Notes under the pieces: model-generated
What the model saw: the letters and a program-made list of their open reading frames with translations, nothing else
Database searches by the model: none
What the model was told of the DNA's origin: nothing
NCBI GenBank assembly: GCA_009914755.4
Contig: CP086569.2
Location: forward strand, 2,720,001-2,784,000
Reading direction: 5' to 3'
From: the human T2T-CHM13v2.0 reference genome, Homo sapiens
Length of the DNA: 64,000 bases
Position numbers and translations under genes: made by a program
Shown: in pieces, positions 13,586 to 29,390 of the stretch
How positions within the stretch are numbered: position 1 is the stretch's first letter
How the letters are laid out: every line of letters begins with the position of its first letter

Positions 13586-16500
13586 TGTCACATGGAGTTT
13601 GCAGTGGCAAACCACTTCTTTCAAAGGGTCTGTGAATTCTTTCCTGATGGTTAATATTTTTTATTAACACAGGCTGGTTAGGCTTAGTAACATCCTTAAT
13701 ATAGGTCAATCAAAGGAGTGGTCAAGTTTTTGTTATGAAAATAGTAACATAGCTCTGTGGAATGCAGACTGGAGGGAAAGAAAGAAATTATTAGCAGAAA
13801 AACTATTTATAAAGTTGCTTTAATAGTTTATAAGAAAAAGACATTAAGGCCTAAACAAGGAAAATGACAGTGTCACTTGAAAGGAGAGGTATCATTAGAC
13901 ATATTTCAGATTTTACCCAGACCACTTGATAATCAATTAGATAAGAAATTAAGGAGCATGAAAACTAACTTGGAATATTATTTTTAAAATAAACAGAAAT
14001 AAAGTGTGTAAAGAAGCTTACCTGGCATATAGTAGTACTTCAGTTAGTCCCAGTAATTATAATAATAACTATATTAATAAAATAAATAAAACTATTATAT
14101 TTATTGGTGGTAGAATGACATGAAGTAAAGAGAAGAAGACATAAAATCTATCCTTAAACATTTTGGAGGCTGTTACCTTTGCCATATAAATACTTGAGTC
14201 TTTGCTTAGAAACACTGCAGATTCAAGGATAGAAAAAAAACTAGTAAAAATCAGGGCATGAACAATAGTTACATCTCCTTTAATCATTTTGGACTTTCTT
14301 CCTTCTTTCTTCTTGACATTGCATCCATTATCTCTTGTTGCCCCTTTCCCTATTTTCTGCTTCTGTTCACATTTTCTTTACAACGGTTTCTAATAAAAAT
14401 TGCTTATTGCTACTTAGTCACCATTATTTTTCTTTGCACAATAAAAATATTCTGAGGGCAAATTTTGAAACTTGACATTTGTCAATAATCCTCCTGCTAG
14501 GAAAAGACCAAAATTGTTTTATCATCTTTTTTTCTAAAAAAAAAATCCCTTCTGTATTTAAATTATCTTATGTAGCAGGATTCAGGTCATTTTTCTACAA
14601 ATGAAAACTGCAAAACAACTGATATTGCCTATCTATAATCCACAGCACAAAGTCCAGATTTTGTTCTTTTCTATATAGGCTCTCTGAAATAATGTCAAAA
14701 TCTGACTTTTTTTTTTTTTTTGCCTTTTCTCTAAATGTTACCTCCCTTTTACCTCATCCAATGGCTACAAATATTGTTTTCCTTTTTTCTGAAAAAATCA
14801 TTCTCATGAGTGCCATGCTCTTTGCACATGCTCTTTCTTTGCCTGGGAAGCCCTTCACCAACTTTTAATACAGTGCAATCTAATTCTTATCCTTCAGCTC
14901 AACTAAATTCCATTTCCTTTGAGATGCCTCCTTTCATTTCTTCAAAGAGGGAACATATATGTTGCCACAGAACTTTTGCAAATCTGTATTATAGAACTTA
15001 ACACATTGTAGTTATTTGTAGACGTATTTGTCTCTTTCAGATTGAGCTACCAGAGAGAACGGGTGACATTCTAGTCATTTATATATTTCTTGAATGAAGC
15101 ACTCATCAGTATGATTAAGAGATAGTAGTTTCTTAGTTAATATGTGACAGCAGAAGAAGTGAATGAATAAGTAATTTAATGAAGTCTTATGACTGACACT
15201 GTGGTAGACACTGGGTTCCCTGTGCTTTTTTTGTAGTGCATATTCCTCTTTTCTTGTCAGACAGCATTCTTATTAAACTGAGAAGATAATCTAAAATGGC
15301 CTATAAATGCTTTCCAGAAGATCAAATAAATATTCCTATGTAAGGCCTAGGTGAAATTTATGAGGCTACAAGAATGGTGAAATGAGATCAGTCAGTCAAG
15401 TGTGGAGGAAAGTAATTACGGCTGGAAAAGATTTAAACTATTAGAATAGAGAAGACTGGATTAGAGAATATTAATATTCTAGAAAATAACAAGCTTATGA
15501 CAGGAATACTATATCAGAGTCAAGAGAAAACAAAAGTATAGGTAAAGACTGAATTTATCATAGCCCAAGACAAGGAGCAGGAACTGACATTTAGTCAACA
15601 GTATTTATTGAGTCCCTACTATGTGTGCCAAAATAAAAAATTAACTAAGTACTGGGTAACAGATAAAGAAATGATTATGAAAGCTGGCAAATAGGAAGTG
15701 AGAGATGAAACTAAAGATTTAGTTTTACTTGCACACTGACCTTGCAATTTCCCCAATGTAATTTTGTCTGATCTGAGTTGTGGCAAGATATCCTGTTTTT
15801 TGTACTTACAGGTATTCCTGCTGAGAGTCATTTCCTGTGCTGGATTTACCATCACAGGGACCAGATTTATAGAAAAATGAACATGTATTGTTGCTAAATG
15901 GAGTTGGTCATGGAGTGGAAACTAACAATATGTTCACCTGTAAGTTTTTAAGTGCTGTGCCAAGAAAGCCTCTTTGGAGGCCATTGCCATAATCTACTGT
16001 TTACATTTGTGCATTTAGTTTCCGGGAAATATTTTTTAAACCTATCCTAGGAGCTATTCAGAACCATAGAGGCTATTTCAGTTCCCCTATCGACTGTGAA
16101 ATGGAGATCTACATTCAAAATTTAGCCTGAGTTCTTTAGAATCCTAGTGCATGCAATTGTGAGCTCTAAAACAATGTGGTTATATCTGCTTTGGGAAATC
16201 TAGTATTCAAGTAGCTAAATTTAGAGTTTTTGCCATTATAGAAGAAGTGTTAACTGTGCAAAATCATTTGCTAATGAGTATCAAGCTTTCTGGGAACGTT
16301 TATATGATCTGTAACAGTAAACAAACTACACACAATTTTCAGGGTGTTACGTATATTTGCCCAAAGTGGATTATCTGTAATATCTACACTAACTTAACTA
16401 TCATTTATTTTCTGATATCAGAAGATTTCAGATTTAACTTTTAATTAGGCATTTTTTCTATGAGGAAGGTTGAGCTGAAGGATAAATGAAACATAATTGC

Positions 16501-18787
16501 TTTATTATGTGTTACCTATCAGGCAAGTTACCTTTGAGTTACTAGCACTCGCATGAGAGCAATGAAGCTGAAAACATTTTAGGGAAAATTCAAATAGGTT
16601 GGCATAGCTGGTATGTTTGGGGCTGATAAAGAGGTTGATGAAGAAGAGCTAGGAAGCACATAATGTAAGTCAAACCTGAGTTGAAGAAACAGAGATTTGT
16701 GCTCTGAGAACTTATTGGAGGACCAGCAACCTTGCTCACAGGGTTACGCCTTCAGTGCTATTGAAAGCACATACTTGGGACTTAACATCTGATAGTTAAG
16801 AAAGATAATCTGATAATAAGAAGTTTTAGTATTAAAAAATAGGCATTTTAAGCTCCTATGTTTAATGGTTCCTGGATAGAAAACCATTGCTGTTTTTTTC
16901 CCCCTCTGGATATGTAGAAATTAACGGGAAAGTTGTTTGAACAACAGTATGCTACACCTTGAATCTATTTTAGGAACATTCTTTCATGGCATATATTCAC
17001 TTGATCATAAAAGGTGGTTCTCATTCAGGCAGATAAACAAAAAGCACAAAAAAGAAAATTAGATGACTGCCAATGTACATCAGACATAAATTACTGTCAT
17101 TAAGAATTACTGTAAAAAGAGATCACACATTGTGTAGTTAAATATTTAATTCTTCTTGTATCCTGAGATACCAGTTAATATTCTTTCCTTTTAGCATAGA
17201 ACTTAATTTGGTAGTTTCTTCTGGGTCCTAGGAATAAAGAATGCACTGATATTCATTGATGCTCACTACTAGATTTTAAAGCAGACTATTACTTAAAAGC
17301 ATTTGGCTAATTGTCAAATGCAAGTAAAATTACTTTGGTTCTTTTTGTAATGGAAATTGAAACGCCATATTAGAGTATTTGATCAAAGAAAAGGAAAAAT
17401 GTGGTAAGAAAACACTTCTATAGCAATGAGGTAGGGTTTTCAATAAGATTATTAATATTGTGACTCAGGGACATTACTAAAAAATTAAAAATAAGATTAT
17501 GAATAAAATAAGCATACTAGAATACAATCTAAAATAATCTTTAAATGTCATGATTCATGTTATACAAAGCCCTGCAGTCCAGGATAGTTAAATCTTTTGC
17601 TCTTGTCTGTGAACATTACTTATCACCGGATTTGGAACAACAGGTTTTGTTTTTGGTTTTATGCTTTGTTTTCCACTTCTACCATGGAAAATGTTTAATT
17701 CTTTAGATGCTTTCTCACATTTTTCTAATACTAAATTTTTAGAAAATAGTGAATTATGACTTTTACTCCAAAGTGTAGAAGGAATACTTGCCTTAGGAAA
17801 AAACAGTTTTGCTTTATCAGGAATGCCTTCTGAGGAGTTTTACATGTCCCTTAATAAATTGCACCTATATCCCACTGCCTAATTTCTGAACAAATTGAAA
17901 AATAAAGACATTGCTATTCAAGAACCAAGATATCACCTTATAGATGATAAAAATCAAAAGTGATGGGTGCAGCTTAGCGTAAAATCCACAAGTGCTACCT
18001 ACTGAATGCCAGAAGTAGAAGGTCTTGGCCAGTAGAAGGCAGTATTGAACCAGTACCCACCAGATATGTGTTGATGAAGGGAACACTCTGGAAGAGTAAT
18101 GTAATTCCAAGCAGGGAAAAAAAATGAAGCTAAGTTATTCTTCTCAGTTTCACCAATTAGTTAAATCATCCTCCATTACCTGGGGACAGAATGAGTAAAG
18201 AAGCAAGCCAATGCCAGAAATGTGTTTGGAAAAACATGTGGGGAGAGATTAAGTCTGTACCTTACCAATTGTGAGAAATCATTGATATTATAAATTTCAA
18301 TTTAAAAATATTAATAAACTCTATTTTTGAGAAGTTTTTAGGTTTACAGGAAAATTGAGAGAAAAGTACAGAGTTGTAATACACTCCATGTCACCGTCCA
18401 CTCTGACCCCCAGCAATTAGCAATTTATCTTGTTATTAACATATTTAGTTTTTGTGATACATTGATTATAATGGATGCGCTAATATTGATACATTATAAT
18501 TAAACTCCATAGTGACATCAGAGTTCACTCTTGCATATAGTATGTGTTTTGACAAATGTTTAATAACATGTATCTACTCTTATAGTATCATACACAATAG
18601 TTTTACTGCCCTAAAGCTTCCCTGTGTACCATCTATTCATCCTTTTCTAACTCCATTGAAAGCCCTTGATAACTGCAGATCCTTTAATATCTCCATAGTT
18701 TGGCCGTTCCCACCCAGAATGTCATATGGTTAAAATCAAGTACTACACAGCATTTTCAGTTTCTTTCACTTAACAATATGTACTTGA

Positions 18788-19103
<316 letters not shown>

Positions 19104-19149
19104 TTTTTTGTATTTTCATGGCTTGATAGCCCATTTCTTTTTATCATTA

Positions 19150-20300
19150 AATAATATTTTACTATATGGATATACAACACTGTGTTTATCCATTCACTTA
19201 GTGAAGGACATATTGGTTACTTCCAGGTTTGGGAAATTATGAAAAAGATTATTATAAACATTTTTGCACACGTGTTTGTGGGGATGTCAGTTTTTAACAT
19301 ATTTGGGTAAATAGTTTTGAAAGAAACTATGACATTGTCTTCCAAAGTGCCTGTATTACTTTGCATTAGTACCAGCAATGCAAAGGACTTCCTATTACTC
19401 CACCTCTTTGCCAGCATTTGGTGTGATTGGAGGTTTTTTTTTTTTTTTTTTTTTTTTTTGCCATTCTAATAGATATGTATTAGTATCTTGTTGTTTTAAT
19501 TTTCAGTTCACTAATAGCATATGTTGCTGAACACCTTTTCATAGGCTTATTTGCCATTTATGTGTCTTCTTTGGTCAGGTGCCTGCCACATGTTTTGCTA
19601 ATGTGTTAATTAGGTCGTTTGTGTTCTTATCTTTAAGTTCAAATAGTTTATTATGTGTATTTGAATATCAGTCCTTTATCAGGTATGTCCTTTGAAAAGA
19701 TTTTCTCCCACTCTGTGGCTTATCTTTTCATTCTCTTGTATTTTTCAGAGCAGAAGTTTTTAATTTAAATAAAGCTCAACTATATATATTTTTTATTTTA
19801 TGGATTTTGCTTTTGGTGTTGTAGCTAAGAAGTCATTGCCAAATCCAAGATCACCTAGATTTTCTCCTATGTTGTCTTTTAAAGTGTAATAGTTTTGTTC
19901 TATATTTAGGTTTATGGTCCACTAAAGTTAATTTTTATGAAAGATATAAGACCTGTGTCTAGATTTGTTTTTGTTTTTGTTTGCATGTGAATGTTTGTTC
20001 CAACACTACTTTTTAAAAGTCTATACTTTCTCTACTGAAGCACATTCACATATTTTTGTCACGGATCAGTTGACTATATTTGTATGAATCTATTTCAGAG
20101 CTCTCTATTCTACCTGTATGTCTATCATTTTACCAATACTACACTGTCTTGATTATTCTGACTTAGCTATTAGTCCTGAAGTCAGCTAATGTAAGTTCTC
20201 CTATTTTTTCTTCTCCTTCAGTGTACCGTTGTCTCCTCTGGGTCTTTTGCTTTTCCACATACAATTTAGAATCAGTTTGTCAATATCCACAAAATAACGG
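19150..20300 (-). mobile_element. Ancient L1 (L1M-type) ORF2 3' region fragment, antisense
   Basis: Matches antisense L1M ('ccaaagtgcctgtattactttgcattagtaccagcaatg', 'catttatgtgtcttctttggtcaggtgcctg', 'gattttctcccactctgtggcttatctttt'). Confidence 0.55.
19434..19459. repeat. (T)26 homopolymer
   Basis: Uninterrupted run of 26 T, an expansion of the short T-run in the L1M consensus. Confidence 0.95.
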
Positions 20301-20830
20301 TCTGGGGATTTTATAAATGTCAGGCTTAAGTTTTCCTGTTTTTTTTTTATTATTATTATTTTGTGCTCTTCAACCGCCACATTCCCATTAGCAGAAATGT
20401 GACTAAGAGATCAAGAGGAAAATATACAGAAAATTATCATTTTAAGAACATTTGAATGGTGATGTCTAAATTTCTACTTTGCTACACAGGTCTTGATAAA
20501 TTACATTAGAGTTGATCAAATATAATACTTCTTAGGAAAGAGGATGTACTTTGGTATTTATATGTGTGTTTAAAAATGTCACAATGAAAATATAAATGCA
20601 GTATATATCTTTCTTGGACAAAAATCAATATGCCACTTTGAGAGTCTTGACTGGCAGAAAATATCATATCAAAAATCACATCAAGATAGAATTTATTTTC
20701 TATTAGAAATGCTCTTATTCAGTCAGCGCTATCTGATTCTGCTTTATTTTTCCATTACGGTAGATTAATCCTGAACTTCTTCCTTAACTCTAATGAAATC
20801 TCATGTTACATTTTATGTAAATATTCAGGC

Positions 20831-20852
20831 ATATATATATTATATATATATA
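20831..20852. repeat. (TA)n microsatellite
   Basis: 'atatatatattatatatatata'. Confidence 0.9.
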
Positions 20853-20942
20853 AAATTATCATATTTCATTGTAATACCTGTTTTTGCCATTTTGGCTGTG
20901 TTTATCTAAATATAATTATATTTTATTTTTACTAATCTTTTG

Positions 20943-20967
20943 AGTGTGTGTGTATGTGTGTGTGTGT
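20943..20967. repeat. (GT)n microsatellite, imperfect
   Basis: 'gtgtgtgtgtatgtgtgtgtgtgtg'. Confidence 0.9.
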
Positions 20968-22188
20968 CCTTCAGTTAAGTTCTTGGCAATCCCTGGATGT
21001 ATTATTTTGTTTCTGTTTCCTATTTTTCAATAACTATATGTTAATTATAACATTAACAATTACACTTAAAATGGATGACCAACTACATTTCAATCAAACA
21101 CAACTTGTTGCTTCTGTGCATGGATAGAATTTTGAACTTTAACATTGTTTCTGACAAAAAAAAACATTAACTCTTTGCAGATAATGTAAATCCAGTTGAT
21201 AAAATAACATGCAGATTTGATTCCTGCTTACACAGAGAAAAGATTTGTTAAGATTGGCAAAAAGAAAACTTGACCATTGTTATCTGGCATTTTAAAACTA
21301 ATAACCAATCTTGTCTTACTTTTATTCAGTCTAACCTTTATTTCATATTAATTAAAATAAAGCAAAACAAAACATAATTATAAATGCAGAGATATTGCTG
21401 AATGAAATTGTCTCTGAAAATAGATCACTGAAATTTGGAGAAGAAACAAAGATCATAGATAGTAAGAAGAAAGAAACAATTGTTAATTTATAGGTGGATG
21501 ATACCATTAATATTATCTTAAATATAAAAATTATTTGCACGTCTGCATCTGATTCTAGGAAAGTATATATTTTCAATCAATGTTGGTATATATACATATA
21601 TATAGTATTTTGAAACAACATAATTATTTCCCAAAGTATTTTTGTTGTTCTTTTTCCCTTAAGCCCATGTATGATTCTTGTTTAGAAGGTGAAAGCTCAA
21701 CATTTTGTAGAATTTAATATTAATGTATTATATCTCTACAAGGATTTATAATTTTCAAAACAATGAATTAGTAAACAATAAAGCAACAACTTCTAACTCA
21801 TATTTTTCTACATTTGAATGGATGGATAATTGTGAGCACTGTCTTCTCAACCACTTGGAAAAGAGCTCTGCATTGGAGTCTCATCTTCTCACCATGTACT
21901 TTAAGAATAGAGAACATGTGGTACATGGCATTTAAGAGATGGTGAAACAATTGGAAATAGTCAAAAATCCATTCATTGTGTAGAGACGAATCAAGTGTCT
22001 CATGACATTTCATTTAAGGCTGTCTCTGATTTTGACTCTACTAATTTTGTGCATCAGGTTGACTTCATTCATTTTCTGTAATTTAAGGGTAACATTTCTA
22101 ATAAGACTTCCGCTGAGTTGATATAATTAAGTAAGAAACAAAATATTAAGTTACTGTTAAAGGTGTGTGTTTTCTTTTGTTTTGTTCT

Positions 22189-22405
22189 GTTTTGTTTTGA
22201 GACCACAGTCTTGCTCTGTCACCCAGGCTGGAGTTCTGTGGCGTGATCTCGGCTCACTGCGACCATGGCCAGCTAATTTTTGTATTTTTAGTAGAGATGG
22301 GGTTTCTCCATGTTGGCCTGGCTGGTCTTGAACTCCTGGCTTCAAGGGTCCACCTGACTCAGCCTCCCAAAATGCTGGAATTGCAGATGTGAACCACCGT
22401 GCCTG
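22189..22405 (-). mobile_element. Alu, antisense, with an internal deletion of about 70 bp and a 17-bp TSD
   Basis: Alu antisense ends are present ('gagaccacagtcttgctctgtcacccaggctggag' ... 'cctcccaaaatgctggaattgcagatgtgaaccaccgtgcctg') but the middle is missing. TSD 'aaaggtgtgtgttttctt' at 22158-22175 and 'caaaggtgtggtttttctt' at 22408-22426. Confidence 0.8.
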
Positions 22406-23201
22406 ATCAAAGGTGTGGTTTTTCTTAAATGTGTTTTTAATGGATCAGAGGAGAAGCCAGGTAAGGACACTATTCTGTACTTGCTCTGACTTTCTTTAAT
22501 CTCAGCAAACTATTTCCATACTCTAGTTGAATCAGTATAGATCAAGTGAATGGCCAAAAATATCATCAATTCATGTTAATGATACAATTGTGTCCTATGA
22601 GGTTTGTTGTTTTTAGTTTTATTTTTGCTTCTTTTTCTGGGCTTCAAGTTTATGCTTTCTATGCACTTTAGTAAAAATCATTGTGTGACCAAGAGAAGCA
22701 CAAATATTGCTGTCCAAACTGGTCACGCTTCTCCTTCATTTGCCAATATTCACAGACGTATAACTTGGTACCCAAAAACTCTCTCAAGGCTTAGGTATCT
22801 AAAGTTTCTAGTCTATCAGTGTTCTTAAGAATTAAAAAGTTATCATTTATTAGAATATTAGAAATTTTATTAGAGATAAATTTATGCCATTCCATAATGC
22901 ATCTTGCCTAAGTTATTTGAGTAGCCAATAACAATAGAAGGAATATAAACAAGTAACCCAGAATGTCCCTTGAATTTAGCATTACACGTACAAAATGTTT
23001 AGTATACAATTTTGCCAACATATTTCAGCTCATAGACATATTATAACATGTTATATATATGTATAATGTAAATTAAGAAAACCTATATTTATTTTGTTAT
23101 GGCTAATTCTCAGAAAATAAAAGTAAATAAGTCTCTTGGGAGCCAAACTGAAAGTTGAGGGTTTCAAAAATGGTGTTATTTTGCCGAGAAATGAAATATA
23201 A

Positions 23202-23507
<306 letters not shown>

Positions 23508-26500
23508 TAAACAATCATTTTTAAAGAAATGTAAGGCCTATATTTGATTAGGAGAACCAAGTCTCCTCCTACATCATGAGCCTAACTCTGAATGACCAGA
23601 CACAGAAGTCTACTGCTGAAAGTTGTATGATCATAGAGAGAGACTCCTACAGAATTAACAGAACTATTCATGATCCTTTGAAAGTTGAGGGTGAAGCAAG
23701 CATATTGACAAAACTCTCCAGCACTCTAGGATTCACACTAAGCAAGAGGTAGCAGCAGACTCACTGCTGGAGGAATTTGAAGTTTGTGGTACAATGAAAG
23801 TAACCATAGCAACAACAAAATCCAAACTGAGCTCAATTCCAGATGTGGCTGAACCAACTTCCTTCTCTTTCCCTAACCACCTCACAGTCTGTATGAAATA
23901 AACACTAAAGCCTTGACAGATGAATACACATAATTTTCCAGTTGGTTGTTTTAAAGGTGTACTTGTCACTGCAGGAAGATATAACACTCATTTAACAGTA
24001 TAACATTTAATGTTCAGATTTATGTCAAGCAGGCTCCCAATTTTACTTTTGCTCTGTGTGTATTCTTGCACATATTATGCCCAACTCTAGATCTCAGAAA
24101 ACTATGTGGCACCAATAGCTAGCATGAAATTGAAATGCTATAGATGGACATCTATGTTGTCTCTATCTCTGTTACCACAGATTACTTCTCTGTTTGTTTT
24201 TTTTTTCTAACTGAGCAAGATAATTCATAGCTCTTTGTGCTCCTGGCAGAAGTTTATTTCTTTTTAAATATTTCCCCCAGGCATAGAGTTACTCAATCAT
24301 AAGAATCCTCAATTGTACTAAATACTTTGATAATGACTTCCAAAATGGCCACAGCAGTTTTAATTCCCAATGACTATATATTAAGGGTTGCTGTTCCCCC
24401 AACCTTCACCATTTGAAACTACTTGACTTTCCATTTTCCTCCTAGTAATACTAACGCAGCACATGTGTTGCTTTACATTTCACCATTTCAATTACTGGTG
24501 ATGTTTACCATCTTTTCACATAATTGTTGGTCATTTCTGTGACCCCCTCCATTCACTCAGTATTATCTAAGCGACTATTTTCTGCCAAGCTTTGCACTAG
24601 GCAACTAGTGATCAAACAGTGAACAATTTATTCATATTGGTTGCCTGTTTTTTGTGTTACTGTGTTTTCTTTTGCACCTTCTGTCTTTTTATGGTGGATT
24701 TGGGAGAATTATTTGCATGTATTAGATATTAATCTTTTATTGGTCATCAACACTGCAAAGTTTATCTCAGTCTCTATTACCTGTTTATTTGATTTTCTTC
24801 TTTGAATAGAAATGGAATCCTCATTTTTAAATAGCACGCAAGATAATTCCAATGTAGATGGTTCTTTACAATAGCTGGAGAACTCTTGGTTCTGGATTTG
24901 TTCTCATTTATCCATGTTTTAGAAAGCATATATGTGAAAGTAATATATTTAGAAGGCAGTGACAAAAGTCTGCTTTCTACTTGAAGAGAGCAGCATCTTT
25001 CTGGAACAGCTAATGCAGAGGATTCTGAACCAGGAAATACTGTTCTATTCAATTAAATTTCCTTATATTAATATGTTGAAACAAGAGCATGTCATAACCA
25101 GTGTAATGAATGTTGTGTCTTTTTTAAAACCTCTAATGTAATTATATTGCCTTTAGTGTCTGAAAATGTGTTACTATTCTAAATCAAATGATTCCACCAT
25201 CATTTTCATTTTCATTAGTTTTAATTCTTTTTATAATCAGTGGATCTTCTGAAAGCCGTCATAACCTAATATCAGAAACCAGATAGAGTATGGCTCTCTC
25301 AAAGTGTTATCAGGGCACCTAATATCTTCAAATTATTTTGGGTTTTATTTAAGCACTATTACTCTTTTTGGCTAAAGTTTTATGTGACTATGAAAGCATA
25401 AATACCTTTTTTGATACTTATTTCAGTTTTGAAGACCAACTTATGTTTTCCTATGAGAAATATTTTGCATCTATTATATTATGCTTTCTAGGCCTAATTT
25501 ATTTGAAGAAAATATAATAATTAGGTGGAAAAGAAATATTGTCAAGTGTTCTTCAACTTAATTTTTGTTAAAATCACAATTTGACATTAAAGTCTAAAAT
25601 CTGTCTTGCTTCTCATGAAGGTAAGTCCCCATAATTTCTTTTCTGTGATATATACCTAAGCAATACCTTAAAACGATACTTTAACTGGGTTCAAAAATCA
25701 ATTTGAACTCAAAAAAGGCAGTTGAATTTTGTCAAATAACTTCTCTTTGTAGCTATTTAATGCTAAGTGATAAGTTTAACAGATGTGTTTACTCCTTTCT
25801 ATTTATTTTGGTAAGGTTTACACACAAACAATATTTACTTTTACAGTTGTTTGTTTATGCCCTAGCTAAAGCTTCTTCAATGTACAATAAGGGGACACCT
25901 TTCACTACCAGATATCCCACATTAATCTCTATTACTACCAGTTTGCCTTTAGCCTGAATGTTTCTTAGGACAAACATTAACAGCAGCAGCATTTAGAGAT
26001 CCCCCTAACAACAGGTATCCCTCTAGACAAAAAGACTTGGCTTATAAGCATATGGAACAAGTTTTGGTATAACCGAGGTCATTGTACTGTAAATCTATTG
26101 AGATACATGAAGAGGGATAACTAAACATAGGAATACTTAATTTTTTTTGTAGTGTATCAGTTAGGTTTTTCTTCTGTGTAACAATGTACTCCAATGCTAT
26201 ATGGCTTAAAATAACAACAATTTTAATTAATTATTGTGCTAGTTGAAAAAGCAAACTATTCTGAGTTGGTTGGTTCCATGTGGGTTCATCCTTGGCATCA
26301 TGGCCAGCTGTTGGGTTGACTGGGGGCTGGTTGGTTTAGGAAACTGAGCTGGAACAGTATATCTTTGCTCTATGTTGTCTCTCATCCTCCAGCAGCCTTA
26401 TGCACAGGCTTGTTCACAAGGCAACTGGACAAGTTTTCAGGGAACAAATAGAAGCCTAGGAAACTTAAAGCTCAGGCTCAGAAGTGGTACATAGTTACTT

Positions 26501-27726
26501 ATCCTGCATTTGATTGGTCAAAGCAAGTCACAATGCAGGTTCAGAGTCAAAAGAAGGGAAAATAGATTATACCTCTTGTTGGGAGAAACTGTACAATAAA
26601 AAAGAAAAAGAGCAACATAACTAAGAATATAGCTTACCAAGGGGGTGAAACATATCTACAATAAGAATTGCAAAACACTGCTGAAGGAAATCTGATATGA
26701 CACAAACAAATGGAAAAATAATATTACATGCTCATGAATAGGAAGCATCAATATTGCTTAAATGGCCATACCACCGAAAGCAATTTACAGATCCAAAGTT
26801 ATTCCTGTCCAAGTACCAACATCATTCTTCACAGTATTGGAAAAATCTATGATAAACTTCATATGGAACCCCCACCCCCCCAAAAAAGTGCAAATAGCCA
26901 AAGCAGTCCTAAGGAAAAAGAACAGACAGAAGAATCACACTACCAAACTGCAAACTATGCTACAAGGCTACAATAACCGAAACATCATGATACTGATACA
27001 ACATATAGACACATAGACCATTGGAACAGGTTATGGAACCCAGAAATGAAGCTATTCATCTACCAACCACCTGATCTTCAGCAAATTTGGCAACAATACA
27101 TGATGGGCAAAAGGCTCCATAGTCAATAAATTGTGCTGGGATAACTGGCTAGTCATATGCAGAAGACTGACTCTAAACCCTTTCCATTCACCATATGCAA
27201 AGATTAATTCAAGATGGATTAAAAAACTTAAATGTAAGGCCTAAAACAAAACCCAGGAGAAAATCTAGGAAATACCATTCTGAATATCAATTTTGGCAAA
27301 GAATTTCTGATTAAGTCCTCAAAAGCAATTACAACCAAAACAAAATTTGACAAGTAGGACCTAATTAAAGAGGTTTTGCCCAACAAAGGAGACTGTCAAC
27401 AGATTAAACAGACAACCTAAATAATGGGAGAAAATATTCATAAGCTATGCATCTAAGAAAGGTCTAATATCCAGAATCTATAAGAAACTTAAATAATTCA
27501 GGAACAAAAAAGAAATATCTTTATTAAAAATGGGCAAAAGACAAAGAGACGCTTCTCCAAAGAAGACATATATGTGGTCAACAAATTTATGAAATAATGT
27601 TCATCATCACTAATCAGTAGAGAAATGCACACTAAAACCACAATGAGATCGTCACACCAGACAGAATGTCTATTATTATTTTTCTTTTCTTCTTTTTAAG
27701 CGTACATAAAAGCATTTTACATTATG

Positions 27727-27814
27727 AAACCCCGTATCTACTAATATACAAAAAATTAGCCGGGCGTGGTGGTGCACACCTGTAGTCCCAGCTGCTCAGG
27801 AGGCTGAGGCAGGG
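27727..27814 (+). mobile_element. Alu left-arm fragment, about 88 bp, at the L1 inversion junction
   Basis: 'aaaccccgtatctactaatatacaaaaaattagccgggcgtggtggtgcacacctgtagtcccagctgctcaggaggctgaggcagg'. Confidence 0.75.
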
Positions 27815-28164
27815 GCATTTTGTTTTATGTTTCTGCGTTACTTCACTTAGGATTATGGTCTATGGGTAGATCCTGTTGCTGCAAAGGACATGACTAACTT
27901 TTTGATGGCTGCGTAGTATTCCATGGTGCATATGTACCACATTTTTTTAATCAGTCCATCATTACAGGTATCTAGGTTGATTCCATGTCTTTGCTATTGT
28001 GAATAGTGCTGTGATTAACATATATGCATGCATGTGTCTCTTTGGTAGAATGATTTATTTTCCTTTGCATATATACGAAGTAATGGGATTGCTGGGTCAA
28101 ATGTTAGTTCTGTTTTAAGTTGTTTGAGAAATCGCCTAAGTGCTTTTCACGGTGGCTGAACTAG

Positions 28165-28628
<464 letters not shown>

Positions 28629-28859
28629 TGAGGAGGTAGGGAGGAAGGAGAAAGAGGAGCAGAAAAGACAACTATTGGGTACTGGGTTTAATACCTGGGT
28701 GATGAAATAATGTGTACAACAAACCCACATGACATGTGCTTACCTATGTAACAAACATTCATATGTACACCCAAACCTAAAATAACAGGTAAAAATTCAA
28801 ATACAACTGGCAATAACAATATAGAAAATATCAAGGTGATAACCATACTGTTACGAATG

Positions 28860-29390
28860 CAGTAAAGGTTTTCTGAAACTTGTGTCTGGGTGTGGATGAG
28901 TTTGTGTGCATATCCACGAGAGATAGTTTTCTTTCTATGTACTGTCTTTGTCTGGTTCTGGTATTAGGATAATGCTTGCTTCATAAAATGAATTAGAAAA
29001 TATTCTGTAATGTTTCAGTTTATGAAATAGATTATGGAGAATTGGTATTAATTCTTCAGAAATTTGATAGAATTCTCTAATGAAACCATCTTGGTCTGGA
29101 GGTTCTTTTGTGGGAGTATTTGAAATTACAAATTCAGTATACTTAATATGATGGGGCTATTCAAATTATTTATTTTATATTGGGCGAGTTGTGACAGTTT
29201 GTTTTTTTAGGATGGGTCAATATTATTTAGTTTGTCAAATTTATGTATATAGAGACTTTCATAGTATTATTTTACTATACTTTTGCTGACTTCAGGGCAT
29301 GTAGTGAAATGTATCTCCTCTTTGGATATTTAATTTGCATCTTCTCTTAGTTCTAAGTTAAAGGTGTCGAATTGTAAGTAACAAACCAAA
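28860..29390 (-). mobile_element. Ancient L1 (L1M-type) ORF2 fragment, antisense
   Basis: 'tctggttctggtattaggataatgcttgcttcataaaatgaattag...aattggtattaattcttc...accatcttggtctggaggttcttttgtgggag' matches the antisense L1 ORF2 middle region. Confidence 0.5.

Noticed and set aside
14015-15130. MIR-like fragments ('cttacctggcatatagtagtacttcag', 'atttcttgaatgaagcactcatcag')
   Set aside because: The matches are short and diverged, so I am not confident enough to give coordinates.
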